A DNA stretch of 64,000 nucleotides from Eledone cirrhosa. Lineage: Eukaryota. The position numbers were made by a program, and so were the translations under genes. Shown here one piece after another: positions 26,968 through 42,886 of this stretch; position 1 is the stretch's first letter; each line of letters opens with the position of its first letter. The stretch spans positions 355,074,001 to 355,138,000 of the forward strand of contig OZ024743.1 in assembly GCA_964016885.1 (NCBI GenBank), in the 5' to 3' direction. Below the pieces are notes generated by a model that saw nothing but the letters and a program-made list of their open reading frames with translations, had not been told where the DNA came from and ran no database searches.

Positions 26968-27078
26968 AATTATTTCTACTTTTGGCACAAGGCGGGATTT
27001 GAACTCAGACCTTAAAGAGCCGTAACTCTTTGCTGCAAAGCATGGCGCCGACCCTCTACCTATACTACCAATCCACCT
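26968..27078 (-). mobile_element. Internally deleted main-family SINE with TSD CTATGATAATAAT
   Basis: Head and tail fused; flanking duplication visible. Confidence 0.75.
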
Positions 27079-28369
27079 ATGATAATAATGCTTTAGCGCA
27101 CACTAATGATCAGTAAAATTATGTTATTATGTATATTACTAATCAACTTGCATTAATAAAATCTAAACATTCATGTCTATTAATGCTAAAACACTTTAAA
27201 TTATTATCGTAATTTTATGTTCAGTTTAAGCGCAATGTCATCCATGTTTTGAATGGTACGGAAGACATTCGATAAAATCGAACCAGTACTTGACTGGTAC
27301 TCAGAACGAGGAGAAGCAAAATTAACCTCGCTGGGGTTTAAACGTAAATAAAGGGAATAAATATCGCAAGGCATTCTATTCGACACTCTAACGACTCTAT
27401 TTCTTAGCAAAACGTTTGTTTGATTCTCTAACGAATCTACTTGTCTACAAGCCATTAAAATGCCTAACATAATATGCATTAAATGTGCCCGGCTGGTGTA
27501 GCATAAAGACTAATGACGTCATATTTCACAGCAACTAATTTGGTGTCAAGTATAATTTTAACATTTATTGAAACAGATTTACTGACTTACTAACGATATG
27601 TAAATAATATACTGTAATATATTGAATTGTTGTCTATTTTCTTTAATTTATAAACTCTGGCCTTGCTTCATGAGATAATACTATTAGTAGAATTTTGTTC
27701 TACTTTTACATCAATCTTTGGCCTCCTATATTTTACGGTAAGTGCATTCATTTGATTATATCAGTAGGTATATTTCATTAGTATTTGGATGCTGGACATA
27801 AACAAAAGAAAAATAATGAGTTCATTTAGAATATTCAACCCAAATTCTAACATAGAAAAAATATATTTACCATGAATACATGGAGGAATGGGTCTTATGC
27901 AACAAGAAAACAATTGTAAAACACCCTATATAGTACAACAGAAGTACATAATATAGAATGATGTAAAACTAATATAAAAATTACAAAATAAGGAATAAAT
28001 ATAAAACTGTATTTTGTCTTCAAGAGAACGGACAAACTGAAAATAAATGAATGCTGAAATAACAGAGCGTATTCGGGAGAAACGAGGTACCATAAAAATT
28101 GGGCAAACGAAAACGATAACTAAATATTCAATTAAAATTAGGACTATAGGATGACATGTTAATGCGATGGCAAGAAAACACCTTACACAGCCAATATCTA
28201 AAAACAAAATTGAACAGACCAGAAATAGGAAAAAACAAATTCGCAACACCTGAAACATCCGCGCCTCAAATCCATGACTGAACGATTTTTTTAAATCTCG
28301 GAAAAGGGTCAAAACCATTCCACTAGAAACCACTAAAGGCATTAAACGAAGGAGGATATATTAAGGTTG

Positions 28370-31150
28370 GGAAGAAACAATTAGCCACATTATCACGTGC
28401 TGCACAGTCTTAGAGAGACAAAATAGATTTACAGGCATAACGGACGCAGCCTTTATACACAGAAATTTACCCCCAGAATTATGAAATAACAACAAAATTA
28501 AGGGTGTGCAAGCATACAACAAAAATGGTCGTGAAGAAATACAAAATGGTCTGACTCTGGGATATGCTAATCCACACAAATAAGTATGTCGACTCTAATT
28601 GGCCGGATACTGTTGTCAGGAAACACAGAAAGTAAAGAGAAGAAATTGGAGAAAACCCTAAAAAGTAAACATCATTCTACAGAATAAAAGTTATTAAGTG
28701 TGCTCTCTCATGGTTTCTTTCCTTCTGTTTAGAAATGGTAGTAAGAGTTGGAGCATTCGGCTCATCTCAGCCACCTTTCGTTAAACACTTTAGGAATGCA
28801 ACACGCTCCCTATTCCCTAACATGCTTCTTCAAAACTATAATAGTTTTCTCTAAGGCAAGCAGAAAGCTATTGATTTTCGGTCGGTATAATTGATTTAAT
28901 CGCTATTACTACTTACCTGTCATTTACTTTATCAACTTTGGAGTCAAAGTGTATATAATAATGGTAAGAAGAACCTATATCAATAACACTGCATACATAT
29001 AAATTGTAAATAATTTTTGAAACATCAATTTACTCATTAGTAAAGTAGTATTTAATGAAACTTATCCACTCTTGTATCTACTTCTTAATCTATTAACAAA
29101 TTCGCTACATCGAACTGTCGATTGTTACAAATTCTATCTAGATACTATGAGAATTATCTATATGGATACTTTGAAACTATATACAAGAGACAACATCAAG
29201 CTGGAGGAACTTACTAAATACCATACATTAATTCACTACTGATATGGAAATGAATATGAGTATAGAACAATGTTCCAAATTAAATTTTAGCCGAGCGGAA
29301 TCTATTATTAAAAGTCAATATATTAAGTTTTATTTGACACTGGAATCAAGAATCACACATGCATGTGCTAAATATTAGTTTAAGATGGAACCGAAAACAA
29401 ACACACAGACACACACACACACAGACACACACACACATATACGCACACACACACAAAGACGCACCAAATAAATATAAAATCAGAGCTTCAAAAAGTTATT
29501 AAGACAACACCTGAGAGAAAAACCTCAGTATAAGGAGGATTTGAGGCATTATGAAAAACAACAATGGCTCAGAATCTCTGAACTGAAGGCGGAAATGGAA
29601 CTGTTTGTTTTTATCTGCACGATGTATTTTCCTAGCTACTAAACTATAATGAAATAAATCCTCAAAAATGTATTATGAAAACAGAGAAGCTAACGTCAAC
29701 TGCAGACGTATAAAGTCAACACCAGGAAATTATTGACCACACCAGTTTCGACAGCATTCTCCGTAACTCAGTACTTGCAGACATGTCCGGGTAGTTGACT
29801 TTATTCATAAGACACTATGCAGACATTGTTGCATACAAATAGAGAATATGTGTTATAAGTCGGCAGGTGGTAATGACATAGCAAGAATACTTTTTGGCGT
29901 GACAAAAATATCAAAATGAAGTGCCCAGTACTCATAAATAGCGACAAAAAAGAGAAAAATTAAAATATATACACCACGGTGAACATATCGATCTCATCCG
30001 TCCTGAAACATCACTCCGAAGTTAGTCATAAACAACCATAGAAGAACGACATTGAAATGAAAATAAGATAGTAAAATGGGTACTGATCATAATTAATTGA
30101 TTCTATTTTAAGCACAAAGCCAGCAATTACCCAGTACATTACTGGTACTTTATTTTATCGACCCCGTAAGGATGAAAGGCAAAGTTAACCTCGGCAGGAT
30201 TTGAACTCAGATCGTAATGGGACGTAACTATGCTGCACAGCATGGCGTCCGACCCTCTACCGATACTGCCAATTCACCGCCCTTACTGATCATAATTAAT
30301 GAACAAGATTTAGTAAATAAAAATATTAATAAATCACAACAGGTATATAAGGGATTATAACTTTACACACCATTCAGAAAATAGGTCTACAATGAACTGC
30401 ACATATTCTATGCATGACATATTCAATTTAGTAACACAACTCAAATTTATACAATCACCGAATAGGATAATTTAATTTATAAAGTACATATTCTATGATA
30501 GCACCTGATACTATTACCCAAATGTTATAGCACATATACTATTCAGTCATCCTTCAATAGCATAGCAATATATTAAGTGCTTATTCTACACAATCAACCC
30601 TCATTTCTACAGCAGAACTCTACATGTTCGCCTCTTTGTGCTATAATACAATTCACACAAAAAGTAGTTATTTGGTGTTACAATTAAACATTGGCATTAC
30701 ACTACTGGAATATACAATAACAATAATAACAATAATGCATATCAAGGTTTCGATAAGAGGTACGAAGATGTCCCAGAAGGAGATCTTGATGACAGAGACA
30801 AACCCAAGATAACTTGGGACTTCATTATCCAAACAGATTGTAGGTATAAACACATCAGACCTGATACGTTCTGTGTAGAAATAGGCGTGAATGCTAAATT
30901 ATTGATGCTGCTTCCTCAAAAGACTAAAACAGTAGACAAATAGAAAAAATAACATAATTTGAAGATCGATATTGCAAGTATTAGGTCAATACCCCCTAAC
31001 AACATCAAAAGAGCTTCAGTTGTCATATAAGCGTTGGGAACCACGCCATTAAAATTGAGAAGGAATTTTGAGCGAATGGACTTCGACTTACAAATTGCTC
31101 CCTACTGTCGTGCTCGTCAGGGCATATATACACAGAAAATTACTGTTAGT
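28370..31150 (+). mobile_element. Several highly decayed R4/Dong-like LINE C-terminal fragments (~28370-28700, 29540-30430, 30780-31150)
   Basis: EETISHIITCC...RHN knuckle; KITWDFIIQTD...IRPD; many stops; boundaries approximate. Confidence 0.5.
30098..30283 (-). mobile_element. Main-family SINE with 17-bp TSD
   Basis: TACTGATCATAATTAAT at 30081-30097 and 30284-30300. Confidence 0.92.
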
Positions 31151-31172
31151 CTAAGATCATTGTTGAGACAAT

Positions 31173-31290
31173 AATAATAATGGTTTCTGATTTAGGTACA
31201 AGGCCAGCAATTTTGGGGGAAGAGAAAATCGATTAAATCGCCCAGTGCGTGACTGGTACTTTATTTTATCGACCTTGTAAGGAGAAAGCC
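31173..31290 (-). mobile_element. 5'-truncated SINE (long-tail variant)
   Basis: Tail and central domain only. Confidence 0.75.
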
Positions 31291-31369
31291 CACAAAAAGC
31301 CACAGTTACCCTGACAACCAGGGCTAGTGCCCTCTCTCAGTTTTCCACCTCCAATCTACTGGCTCATAC

Positions 31370-32510
31370 TCAGAGAAGGCTCATTCACTCGGATCATGTT
31401 TGAATTTCTCATCCATCTTTAAACAAACTGCTGGAAAGGGAGCACTTCTCTCTCCAACCTGATTTTCCTTTTCAAATGAAATTTGAAAAAGTTAATCAGG
31501 ACTTCGCTGAAGAGGTAAGTGCTTGTCTTCAGCCATTTTAAACGTTCCCACCATACAACCCCTTTCACCTTGACCAGCAGGCAGATAAAAACTGTCTGCC
31601 CTTCATAAAGGAAAGCAGCGGGGCAATCTTGATGATGGACTCGGCTGATAGCCGAATCCCTCCTACACACGGCAACATCTGTTCTACATAAACCCTCAAG
31701 TCAGCAATGCTCGGTCAATCAACGAGAGGGTGCAGTACGCTTTCGTCGCCCTGCACGCATCTCGGACAAGTCCAACAAGCTGCACTTCCATGTCTGTAGA
31801 GTTTATCATGAACTAGCAAACCTCTTTGGTAACACTTCCAGTCCAGTGATTTCTGGAAATTGACCATGGCCAGAAAGTTTTCCGAAGAGATGGGCTAGTC
31901 GATTTTCTCCGACGCCCAGAGTTTCCACAAGGATGTCGTCGTCCTTACACCCCACTAACCATCTATAGAACGCCAAGGTGGAGTTTTCAACGATCGTAGT
32001 GCCCGATTGACTGTGGGATGTGAGCACCTGAAGACATTCCAGTCACCAAGCGGCCCCTCTCGGTTTTCGCTTGACTCACGACTGCAACTCTGTCAAGGAG
32101 ACGAGCTTGGGTAAAACAGTTCTTGCAAACGGCTACCACACATGTACAGCGTCAAAGAAAAGATGGAGATGTTCTTAGCCTCAGCACCTGTTTGTGCATC
32201 AGTAGCTAGTATTGACAGAAGATGGACGGCCTGATCATCGGAGCGCATCCCTTTCACAAAAAAGCGAAACAGCAAACGCTCAAATGTAGTCAGGTGAGGC
32301 TTAGGAAATGGCATGCCAGTTAGGCGGTTGTAAATAACGGACACGATGTACGCTTTCGCCATCCCCGCTTGACCTTTAAGTTACAGCTTCCTTTCAGCCC
32401 ATTCCTGGGTGAGAGAGGACACTCTGCTCGTCACCTTGTCCCAGTTTTTGTCCATTCGGGAGTCCGGACCAAACCTGACGCCTGGTTATTCAGTCATAGC
32501 CAAGAGGCGT
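31370..32510 (-). mobile_element. Tx1/L1-like LINE ORF2 C-terminal fragment
   Basis: YIVSVIYNRLT...TFERLLFRFF; C-x2-C knuckle remnant near 31760; VFICLL..VKGVVWWER...LINFFKFHLKRKIRLEREVL; higher GC than flanks. Confidence 0.65.
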
Positions 32511-32519
32511 GAAAGTACT

Positions 32520-32990
32520 AGGGTCATTCATATACTGGACGTTATGCCAGAGTTATGAAATTATGAAGTACCAACAGAAGAGATATGGTATAAACACACA
32601 CCAGAAAATGTTTCAAAGTTACAAAGCGACTATAATATCTGAAATATGCCAATTCACATTGACAAGCAGATTATAATTTATCTATCCAATATTGTATTGT
32701 AAAGAACTGCCAGGAAAAGGAGTGCATTCCAATTAATGTATGATTCCCAACAAAAGATATAATGTATCTATCAATAAAATGGAAAAATTATCTAAACATA
32801 AATATCCGGAAACACAAAAAAGCAGAATATGGAGACTAAAATAAAAATAATCACTATAATAATAGATGTTTTGAGAAAGAATAACTCAGATTCCGACAAA
32901 TACAGAACCCACATCCCAAGACTGCCACATACACTCAATGTAGGGAAATATCACTTCAAGTCACTTTGCATATATTACGTAGATTTTACC
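32520..32990 (+). mobile_element. R4/Dong-like LINE RLE fragment
   Basis: WYKHTPENV...NMPIHIDKQI...NVSINKMEKLSKHKY...IITIIIDVL. Confidence 0.65.
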
Positions 32991-33137
32991 AGCTCTTTTG
33001 ATAGCATTATAGGATTTTCGAAAAGAAAAGAATAAATCAATAAACAAAAACAATTTAGTGACTAAAAGACAGACTTTCGTGTGCACTATCGTCTACACAT
33101 TCCGAAGTCCCTCTCCAAACGACTCTGTCAATCAGAA

Positions 33138-33355
33138 ATGGTTTCTTATATAGGCACAATGCCTGCAATTTTGGGGGCAGGGAAAGTCGATTATATCGAC
33201 ATCTGTGCGTGACAGGTACTTTATTTCATCGAACCCGTAAGGATACAAGGCAAAGGTAACCTCAGTGGGATTTGAACTCAGATCATAAAGGGCCGTAACT
33301 TTATGCTGCAAAGCATGACGTCCGACTCTCTACCGATACTGTCTATCTACCGCCC
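33138..33355 (-). mobile_element. tRNA-derived SINE (long-tail variant)
   Basis: Same consensus with GGGAAAGTCGATTATATCGAC insert. Confidence 0.85.
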
Positions 33356-34939
33356 TCACATGAAGCCAAATCAAAGCAATGCATTGCAGATGAGGCACAC
33401 TCATCAGTGCTCAGTTATACAGACAATAGGAAAAAAGGCTACTGATATATTAATATTACTAGCATTGCTGTCTAATGTTGACCCAAGGCCACTAGACTAG
33501 CTCCATAAAAAGTCGATTAAATTGACCCAAGTATTTCACCGGTACATTTTTTCATCAATCCCAGAAAGATAATAGCAAATTTTATATCGGAGGGATTTGA
33601 AGAGCGCAGAAATCGGGAACAAATATTGCAAAGCATTGTATATCATGGTCTAACGAGTCGATTTCAGAGCAGTTATTTTGGCACAAAAAACTAGCAAGAC
33701 GGGTGTTAGCTATATCTACTCCAACGGGAGAATGCTATAGTGATATCCCTGTCAAGAAACAATTCTAGAAATGATTGAATGAACCTTTGACCCTTTTCTT
33801 ATATCTTTTTGTCGTTTATTTTTTCATTCTTTACACTTTTATTCTTTTGTAGTTATTATTGTTGAAGATGCCGTTGTATTGTAGTGTTAAAGTATCGTGA
33901 ACATATGTAAATTCTGCCACAAATGTTGTCCGTCCTATTATAAAGAATCTCTTGGTAGTCATACTTTACTGATTTTCCTTTTTTATTTGTGTTGTTTTCC
34001 TTGACTATAATTTGTTACAGGATTTTAAAATGAAAACCGCGAAGGAAAAGAAATAACAAAAAAATTAAGCCTAACAATATCTTTATAGCTCAAATCTTTG
34101 TAACTATTTTGTGGCCTATGATTTTATATTTGAAACATTAATCCGAGAAGAAAATGGGGGATGACTTTGGTGGTCTTCTGTCTTTATCTCGAACTGCTTT
34201 ATATCATACTTTCGAATGTTTTGAAGATGCTATTAAATTCGGCACGATATAAACTGGTCTTTATATCTGCAAATTACAAGAGTGCTATTACTTGTGAAGA
34301 TTAATTTTCGTTTCCAAGGGACATATTTCAGGCTTAATAAATTGCTGACATTTTACAAAGTAATAAGTACGACTTCCATACCTGTGTTGATGTTAGTACT
34401 AGAGGGAGAGGGATGGGGGAGATAGATAGATAGAAAGATAGATAGATATAGAGAGAGAGAGAGGGAGAGAGAGAGAGAGAGGGAGAGAGAGAGAGAGGGA
34501 GGGAGAGAGAGAGGGGGAGAGAGAGAAAGAGAGAGGAGTAAACAATTCGGTTGATTGGCAACATAATATAATTAGCATTACACATTTACTGGTTCATCAA
34601 CATAATACAAACATAGGCTCAATGATGTTCTGTTTTTGTTCATGTTTGTTCCACAGCTACTGCAGTGTATCAGCTATTTTAAATTAGCAAGCTATGTACA
34701 ACCCCCATCCAAACAACAGACCCGATGATCTGGTATCTCTCTATTAATCATTCTTACTGAACCGCACCCATGAAATCATAATGTGTGTCTAGTTTATTAT
34801 AAATACCTCCTCTCCAGAATTACGGCACTCACCCCCGGGACATTATTTTATCTCCTTACAAAGCCATCCGAACTTCAGAGGATCAAGTGAAGATCCAATT
34901 ACAGCGAATTCATCTGTCTATCATCAGAGCTATGAAAAG

Positions 34940-35397
34940 TTTATGGATACGACCACACCACTACCGACTAAATGATAATCTTGCTATATGGAAGTGAAAC
35001 ATGGACGTTTTCATCCTAACAACAAAAGCAACTTGATGTCAGCTACACCCGCCTGCTTCAATGCATTCAGGACATAAGCTGGCGACATCTGACTTTGAAA
35101 GAGATATATGCCGGCCTCCCACTCATATCTGTCGTTGTACGTAAAAAGAGAGTAAGATTTGCTGGCCACTCCCTTCGTGCCACCTACGAAGCTGTGTCTC
35201 CATTAGTGTTTTGGAAACCACAAGCAGTCACTAATAACAGGGGGTGCAAGCTCTGCTGCGCCGATGTCATCTCCGGAGATTCTGGTATTGAAATCCAGGA
35301 CTTGGCAACGACAATGAACGACAAACCCACGTGAAGATCACTTGTTAAGTCCATTTCGGCCGAGGCCACTGGATGATGATGATGATGATGATGATGA
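34940..35397 (+). mobile_element. RTE/RTEX-like LINE 3' fragment with (GAT)n tail
   Basis: TLKEIYAGLPLISVVVRKKRVRFAGHSLR...LVFWKP...DLATTMNDK followed by (GAT)n. Confidence 0.75.
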
Positions 35398-35919
35398 AAT
35401 AATAAAACAAAACAAAAAGATAGACATAAAGAATAACGTTCTGTGATTTTCAGAAGCTCTTGAGAAATATTGGAAAATCTGGATTTGATTTCCTCCTACG
35501 TACACCAGACTGAATGTAATTGCGAAAACACATATTATATAACCAACTAGTGGCGGGGTGTATCTATTCACGGTGCCTATTTAAGGCTATATGAACTGAG
35601 TTATCAAAATGTAAATTGCTCGAACATAGACAAAATGCGGTCACACCGCCGTCAAGTTCGCACTATATGCAAATGACCATTTCCAACCGATGATGTTTTT
35701 TTTTCTTATTTGCAAATGAGTTTCTCTTACAAATCTTCAACACGAAAAATCTACATAGACTATAGCCTATTTTTATCTCAGTACCGGGTGGGTGAGTGTC
35801 ACTGATGAGAGATTAACGAATCCGCTGCCTAGCATTTTTACCGGCACTGAGATGACTGTGACGTACTCACGGCACGATAAAGAGGAAACATAGTCATATA
35901 TACACGTCTTATATGAGAT

Positions 35920-36068
35920 TTTGCAGCATAGAATTATGACCATTTACGTTCTGAGTTCAAATCTCGCCGAGGTTAACTTTGCTTTTCATCCTTACGGGGT
36001 CGATAAAAATAAAGTACCAGTAATGCACTGAGTAATTACTGGCCTTGTGCCAAAAGTAGAAACAATTA
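35920..36068 (+). mobile_element. 5'-truncated main-family SINE
   Basis: B box, central domain, tail. Confidence 0.85.
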
Positions 36069-36725
36069 TACGAGACTAGCTATATCAATGACAATTAGTC
36101 TTGCCCTAGTTTTTTTATAGCTAGCTGGTATTAATAGTAGTTTTGGTGAAAGTGAAAGCGATATTGTTACCGCTTTGTCATTGTTGCTCTAGTTCTTATT
36201 GTTGTTTGTAATTATTACAATGTCTTGCTGCTGGTGGTGTTGAGGGTATTAATGTCGAAGCTGTCTTCGTCATCAGCTGTGTTGCTGTTACTATTATTGT
36301 TGATGTTGAGTTGATTATTTACTGTAAAAGAAGTATTCAAACAACAACAGCTACAACAATAAAAGCAACGACGACATGTTCTACAAAAACAGCACCAACA
36401 ATGTTATTTTGACTCGAACGAAACTCACTCAAGTGGAAATGAATGATGGCCAATACTTCGACTACCATCAACTGGAGCCAATAAAGAATTTGTGTTGACG
36501 GGTTGTTGTACATAGGAGTTTATGCATAAGTCTGTGTATCTGTGTAGTTGTATGTGCGTGTGGTGAGGTATTGTGTGTTGTGTGGGAGTATTGTGAAGGT
36601 ATGTCTGTGTTTCACGTGTATTGAGTTATGCAAGTGCAGTGTGTACCTGTCACACATGTGTATATAGGTATCTATGTATTCATACATACATGCGTACACA
36701 CATACATAGATACATACACACACAG

Positions 36726-36779
<54 letters not shown>

Positions 36780-36806
36780 ATATAAATATATATATATATA
36801 TATATG

Positions 36807-36892
<86 letters not shown>

Positions 36893-36916
36893 AATATATA
36901 TATATATATATATGTA

Positions 36917-36984
<68 letters not shown>

Positions 36985-36989
<5 letters not shown>

Positions 36990-37281
36990 TATGAAGAGAG
37001 AAGAAACATTTAGATATAATTAGTAATAAAATGTATCATACCTAAACTGCTCCTAGATTCCTCGACTACGTAGTTTCGTGGCATAAACAATACATCATAA
37101 AGATATAGAGTCCTTGCGAGGTCTGCCGACTTATCAAGAGGATACCTCATTTTACTAGTCTCAAGAACGCGTCTTTTGTTTATGCCACGAAACTACGTAG
37201 TCGAAGAATCTAGGAGCAGTTTAGGTATGATACATTTTATTACTAATTATATCTAAATGTTTCTTCTCTCTTCATAATGTA
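36985..37281. repeat. Inverted repeat, 106-bp arms (36985-37090 / 37176-37281), with a hammerhead-like GAAAC-TACGTA-GTC
   Basis: Arms read directly, 1 mismatch. Confidence 0.9.
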
Positions 37282-37439
37282 TTTTTAACTCTGATACTGG
37301 TTCAGTCTGGTTCAACCGGATTGGTCTGTCCCAGTCATTCATTGAGCAACATCGGTGAAGTTGGCACCCTTAACTCACGGTTGGGTGCGGATGCATTCAT
37401 GTATATGTGTGTGTCCGCATGTATCTGTGTGTTTCTAAA

Positions 37440-40021
<2,582 letters not shown>

Positions 40022-40138
40022 ATATACATATATGTATATACATATTTTTATATACATATATGTATATATATGTATATATACTGTATATATGTATATATAT
40101 GTATATATACTGTATATATACATACATATATACATATA

Positions 40139-40171
<33 letters not shown>

Positions 40172-40222
40172 ATGTGTGTGTGTGTTTGTGTGTATGTGTG
40201 TGTGTTTGTGTGTATGTGTGTG

Positions 40223-40253
<31 letters not shown>

Positions 40254-40705
40254 ATGTGTGTGTTTTTGTGTATGTGTGTGTATATATATATACATGTAAA
40301 GAGAAAAGGAAACCAGGAGAAAAGGCAAAATAATAGAAGATTTAGTGATTGAGAATGTTCATGGAATTAGAATAAATGTATGACATGTGAGAAAGAGAGA
40401 AAGAGAGAGAGGCGAAGAAGGAGAGTAAGAAAGAGAAAGAGAAAGAGAAAGAAAGAAAAAGATAGAAAGAAAGAAAATGAAAGAAGTAGGGAATGAAAAA
40501 TTTGTGTAGAAAGGGTTATAAATACGAAGGTGAAGCTACTTAAATGTAACGTGTAAAGCAAGATCGACTGTGGGTATAGAGGTGTGCGTATGGGTGTGTG
40601 GGTGAAACAAGAGAAAATAACATGCAGAGGGAGAGAGAGAGATATATAGAGAAAGAGATAGAGAAAGAGAGAGAGAGAGAGAGAGAGATATATAGAGAAA
40701 GAGAT

Positions 40706-40756
<51 letters not shown>

Positions 40757-40897
40757 TAGAGAAAGAGACATAGACAGAGAAAGAGAAAGAGAGAGAGATA
40801 CAGAGAGAGAGGGCGAGACAGAGAGAGAGAAACAGATGTAGAGAAAGTGATAGAAAAAGAGAAAGAGAGAGAGAGAGAGATGTAGAGAATGAGACAT

Positions 40898-40938
<41 letters not shown>

Positions 40939-40955
40939 TAGAGAAAGAGATATAG

Positions 40956-40986
<31 letters not shown>

Positions 40987-41399
40987 TGTAGAGAAAGAGA
41001 CAGAGACAGAGAAAGAGAGAGTGACGGAGAGAGAGAGGACGAGGGGGAGAGAGAAAGAGAGTAAAAAGTTTCAGAGTTGTTAAGAGAAAATGGAAGGTGT
41101 AATACGTAATAATTGAAAGTTCTCAAAACCCAAGAAAGGCAGCTCACAGGAAGCTTCAGTCTCCCTCTTAAGGATGTGACTTTTAAAACATTATGGTACA
41201 AGTTTATAGGAAAAAGAGATAACCGGGGATAAATAATTAGAAATGGATAAGAAATGGATAAGATAGGTTGAATGTAAAAGTTTGAGACGCTGCGGGTAAA
41301 ATACGGAAGAAATAGAGTAATTAATTAATGTGAGGATAGAGAGTCAAGGAAAGGAAATGCTGCCTATCATAGGTGAGGTAATAGGGGATATATATATAT

Positions 41400-41594
41400 A
41401 TAGGAAAAAGTTTAACCCCGACGGCAGAGCTCAAGCCGTTTCGACGGCTATTTCTGTCCAGAAATAGCCGTCGAAACGGCCTGAGCTCTGCCGTCGGAGG
41501 TTAAACTTTTTCCTATTACCCACTCTAGTACCCTAAGTATTGAGTACTCTGGTGCATTATGGTCCATCTGGTTCCTTACCACACTTCCTTCGTT
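41400..41594. repeat. Short hairpin-ended repeat (family A); inverted sister 42512-42692; relative at 52060-52195
   Basis: Hairpin 41400-41516 plus GAGTACTCTGGTGC.TTATGGTCCATCT.GTTCCTTACCAC. Confidence 0.8.
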
Positions 41595-41740
41595 ATATAT
41601 ATATATATATATATATGTAGGAGGTGAGTTTTATTGTAGTACAATAAAGCAATGCAGATATCGGATAAGTAGCACTCTACAGTTTGTAGGACTGGAGTAT
41701 AAATAATATAAGATCAAAAGATGGTTAAAAGAGTTCCATG

Positions 41741-41811
41741 TATTTTATTATGCACATTTCAAAAACAAATATCATCATGAGATGACATTTGCGTTTTCGT
41801 CAGATAAAATA
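41741..41811 (-). ncRNA. Type I hammerhead ribozyme (family B)
   Basis: Reverse strand TATTTTAT-CTGACGA-stem II-GAAA-T-GTGC-A-TA-ATAAAATA. Confidence 0.78.
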
Positions 41812-42401
41812 AGTAGACATGATATGAAGGTTAAAAAACACTTGTGAATAGTGAAGTTTTAAATCAACATATGAAAAGTAATTTAAGATTGATATGTGAT
41901 ATTGGGAAAAAAATGAGGGGGGTGGAAAGAATGAAAAAGAGGAGGAGATGAGAGTAAAGAATGGTGGGGGGAGGAGTATAATAAGGAAGGATGAGATAGG
42001 AGGAGAGATGGGTGATAGAAAGAGAGAGATAGCCTTTATAACTGAGAAAAATATATATTGTTTCACAGAGAGACGTTAAAAAGCTGTTGGATAATATATA
42101 ATTTAAAAGAATTTGAAAATTGATGAAGAGAAAAAAATTAAGAATAATATTAAATTAAGGTTTGTATATTGAAGCGTTTATTAAACCCTTCAATATACAA
42201 ACCTTAATTTAATATTATTCTTAATTTAAATTAATGTTTGTATATTGAACGGTTTATTAAATATTATTTTTAATTTAAATTAAGGTTTGTATATTGAAGG
42301 GTTTAATAAACCCTTCAATATACAAACCTTAATTTAATATTATTCTTAATTTTAAACTTCACTATTCACAAGTGTTTTTTAACCTTCATATCATGTATCC
42401 T

Positions 42402-42472
42402 TATTTTATCTGATGAAAACGCAGATATAATCTCATGATGATATTTGTTTTTGAAATGCGTATAATAAAATA
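42402..42472 (+). ncRNA. Type I hammerhead ribozyme (family B)
   Basis: TATTTTAT-CTGATGA(42410)-stem II-GAAA(42453)-T-GCGT-A-TA-ATAAAATA. Confidence 0.78.
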
Positions 42473-42886
42473 CTTGGAACTCTTTTAACCATCTTTTGAT
42501 CTTATATATATATAACTAAGGAGTTGTGGTAAGGAACAAGATGGACCATAACGCACCAGAGTACTCAATACGTAGGGTAGTAGAGTGGGTAATAGGAGAA
42601 AGTATGTCCCCGACGGCTATTTCTGGACTAAAGTCCAGAAATAGCTGTCGAAACGGCTTGAGCTCTACCGTCGGGGTCATACTTTCTCCTATATATATAT
42701 GTATATATATATATATGTATACATATAGTATTTACGTATCGAGAAAGAGAAAAAAAGGGAGGATAGGTGATACATATAGTTATTTGCCAAGTAGCGTATG
42801 CCAAAGGTGCTCGATACTAGTGCCGGCAGTATTAAATATTCGAAGTGTTAATATTTAGTGGGCTAGAGAGTTAGCAGAGCGTAAGC

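Larger units (their letters stand above)
41710..42505. mobile_element. Fold-back pair of family-B pLTRs (same family as 2400-2942) with central snap-back hairpins
   Basis: 41710-42170 matches the reverse complement of ~2450-2940; 42350-42505 matches ~2787-2940. Confidence 0.85.

Noticed and set aside
35802-35830. Isolated CTGATGA (also 21521, 48355, and CTGAGGA at 51330 and 47260 minus)
   Set aside because: No correctly placed GAAA/NUH/stem I; at most decayed relics
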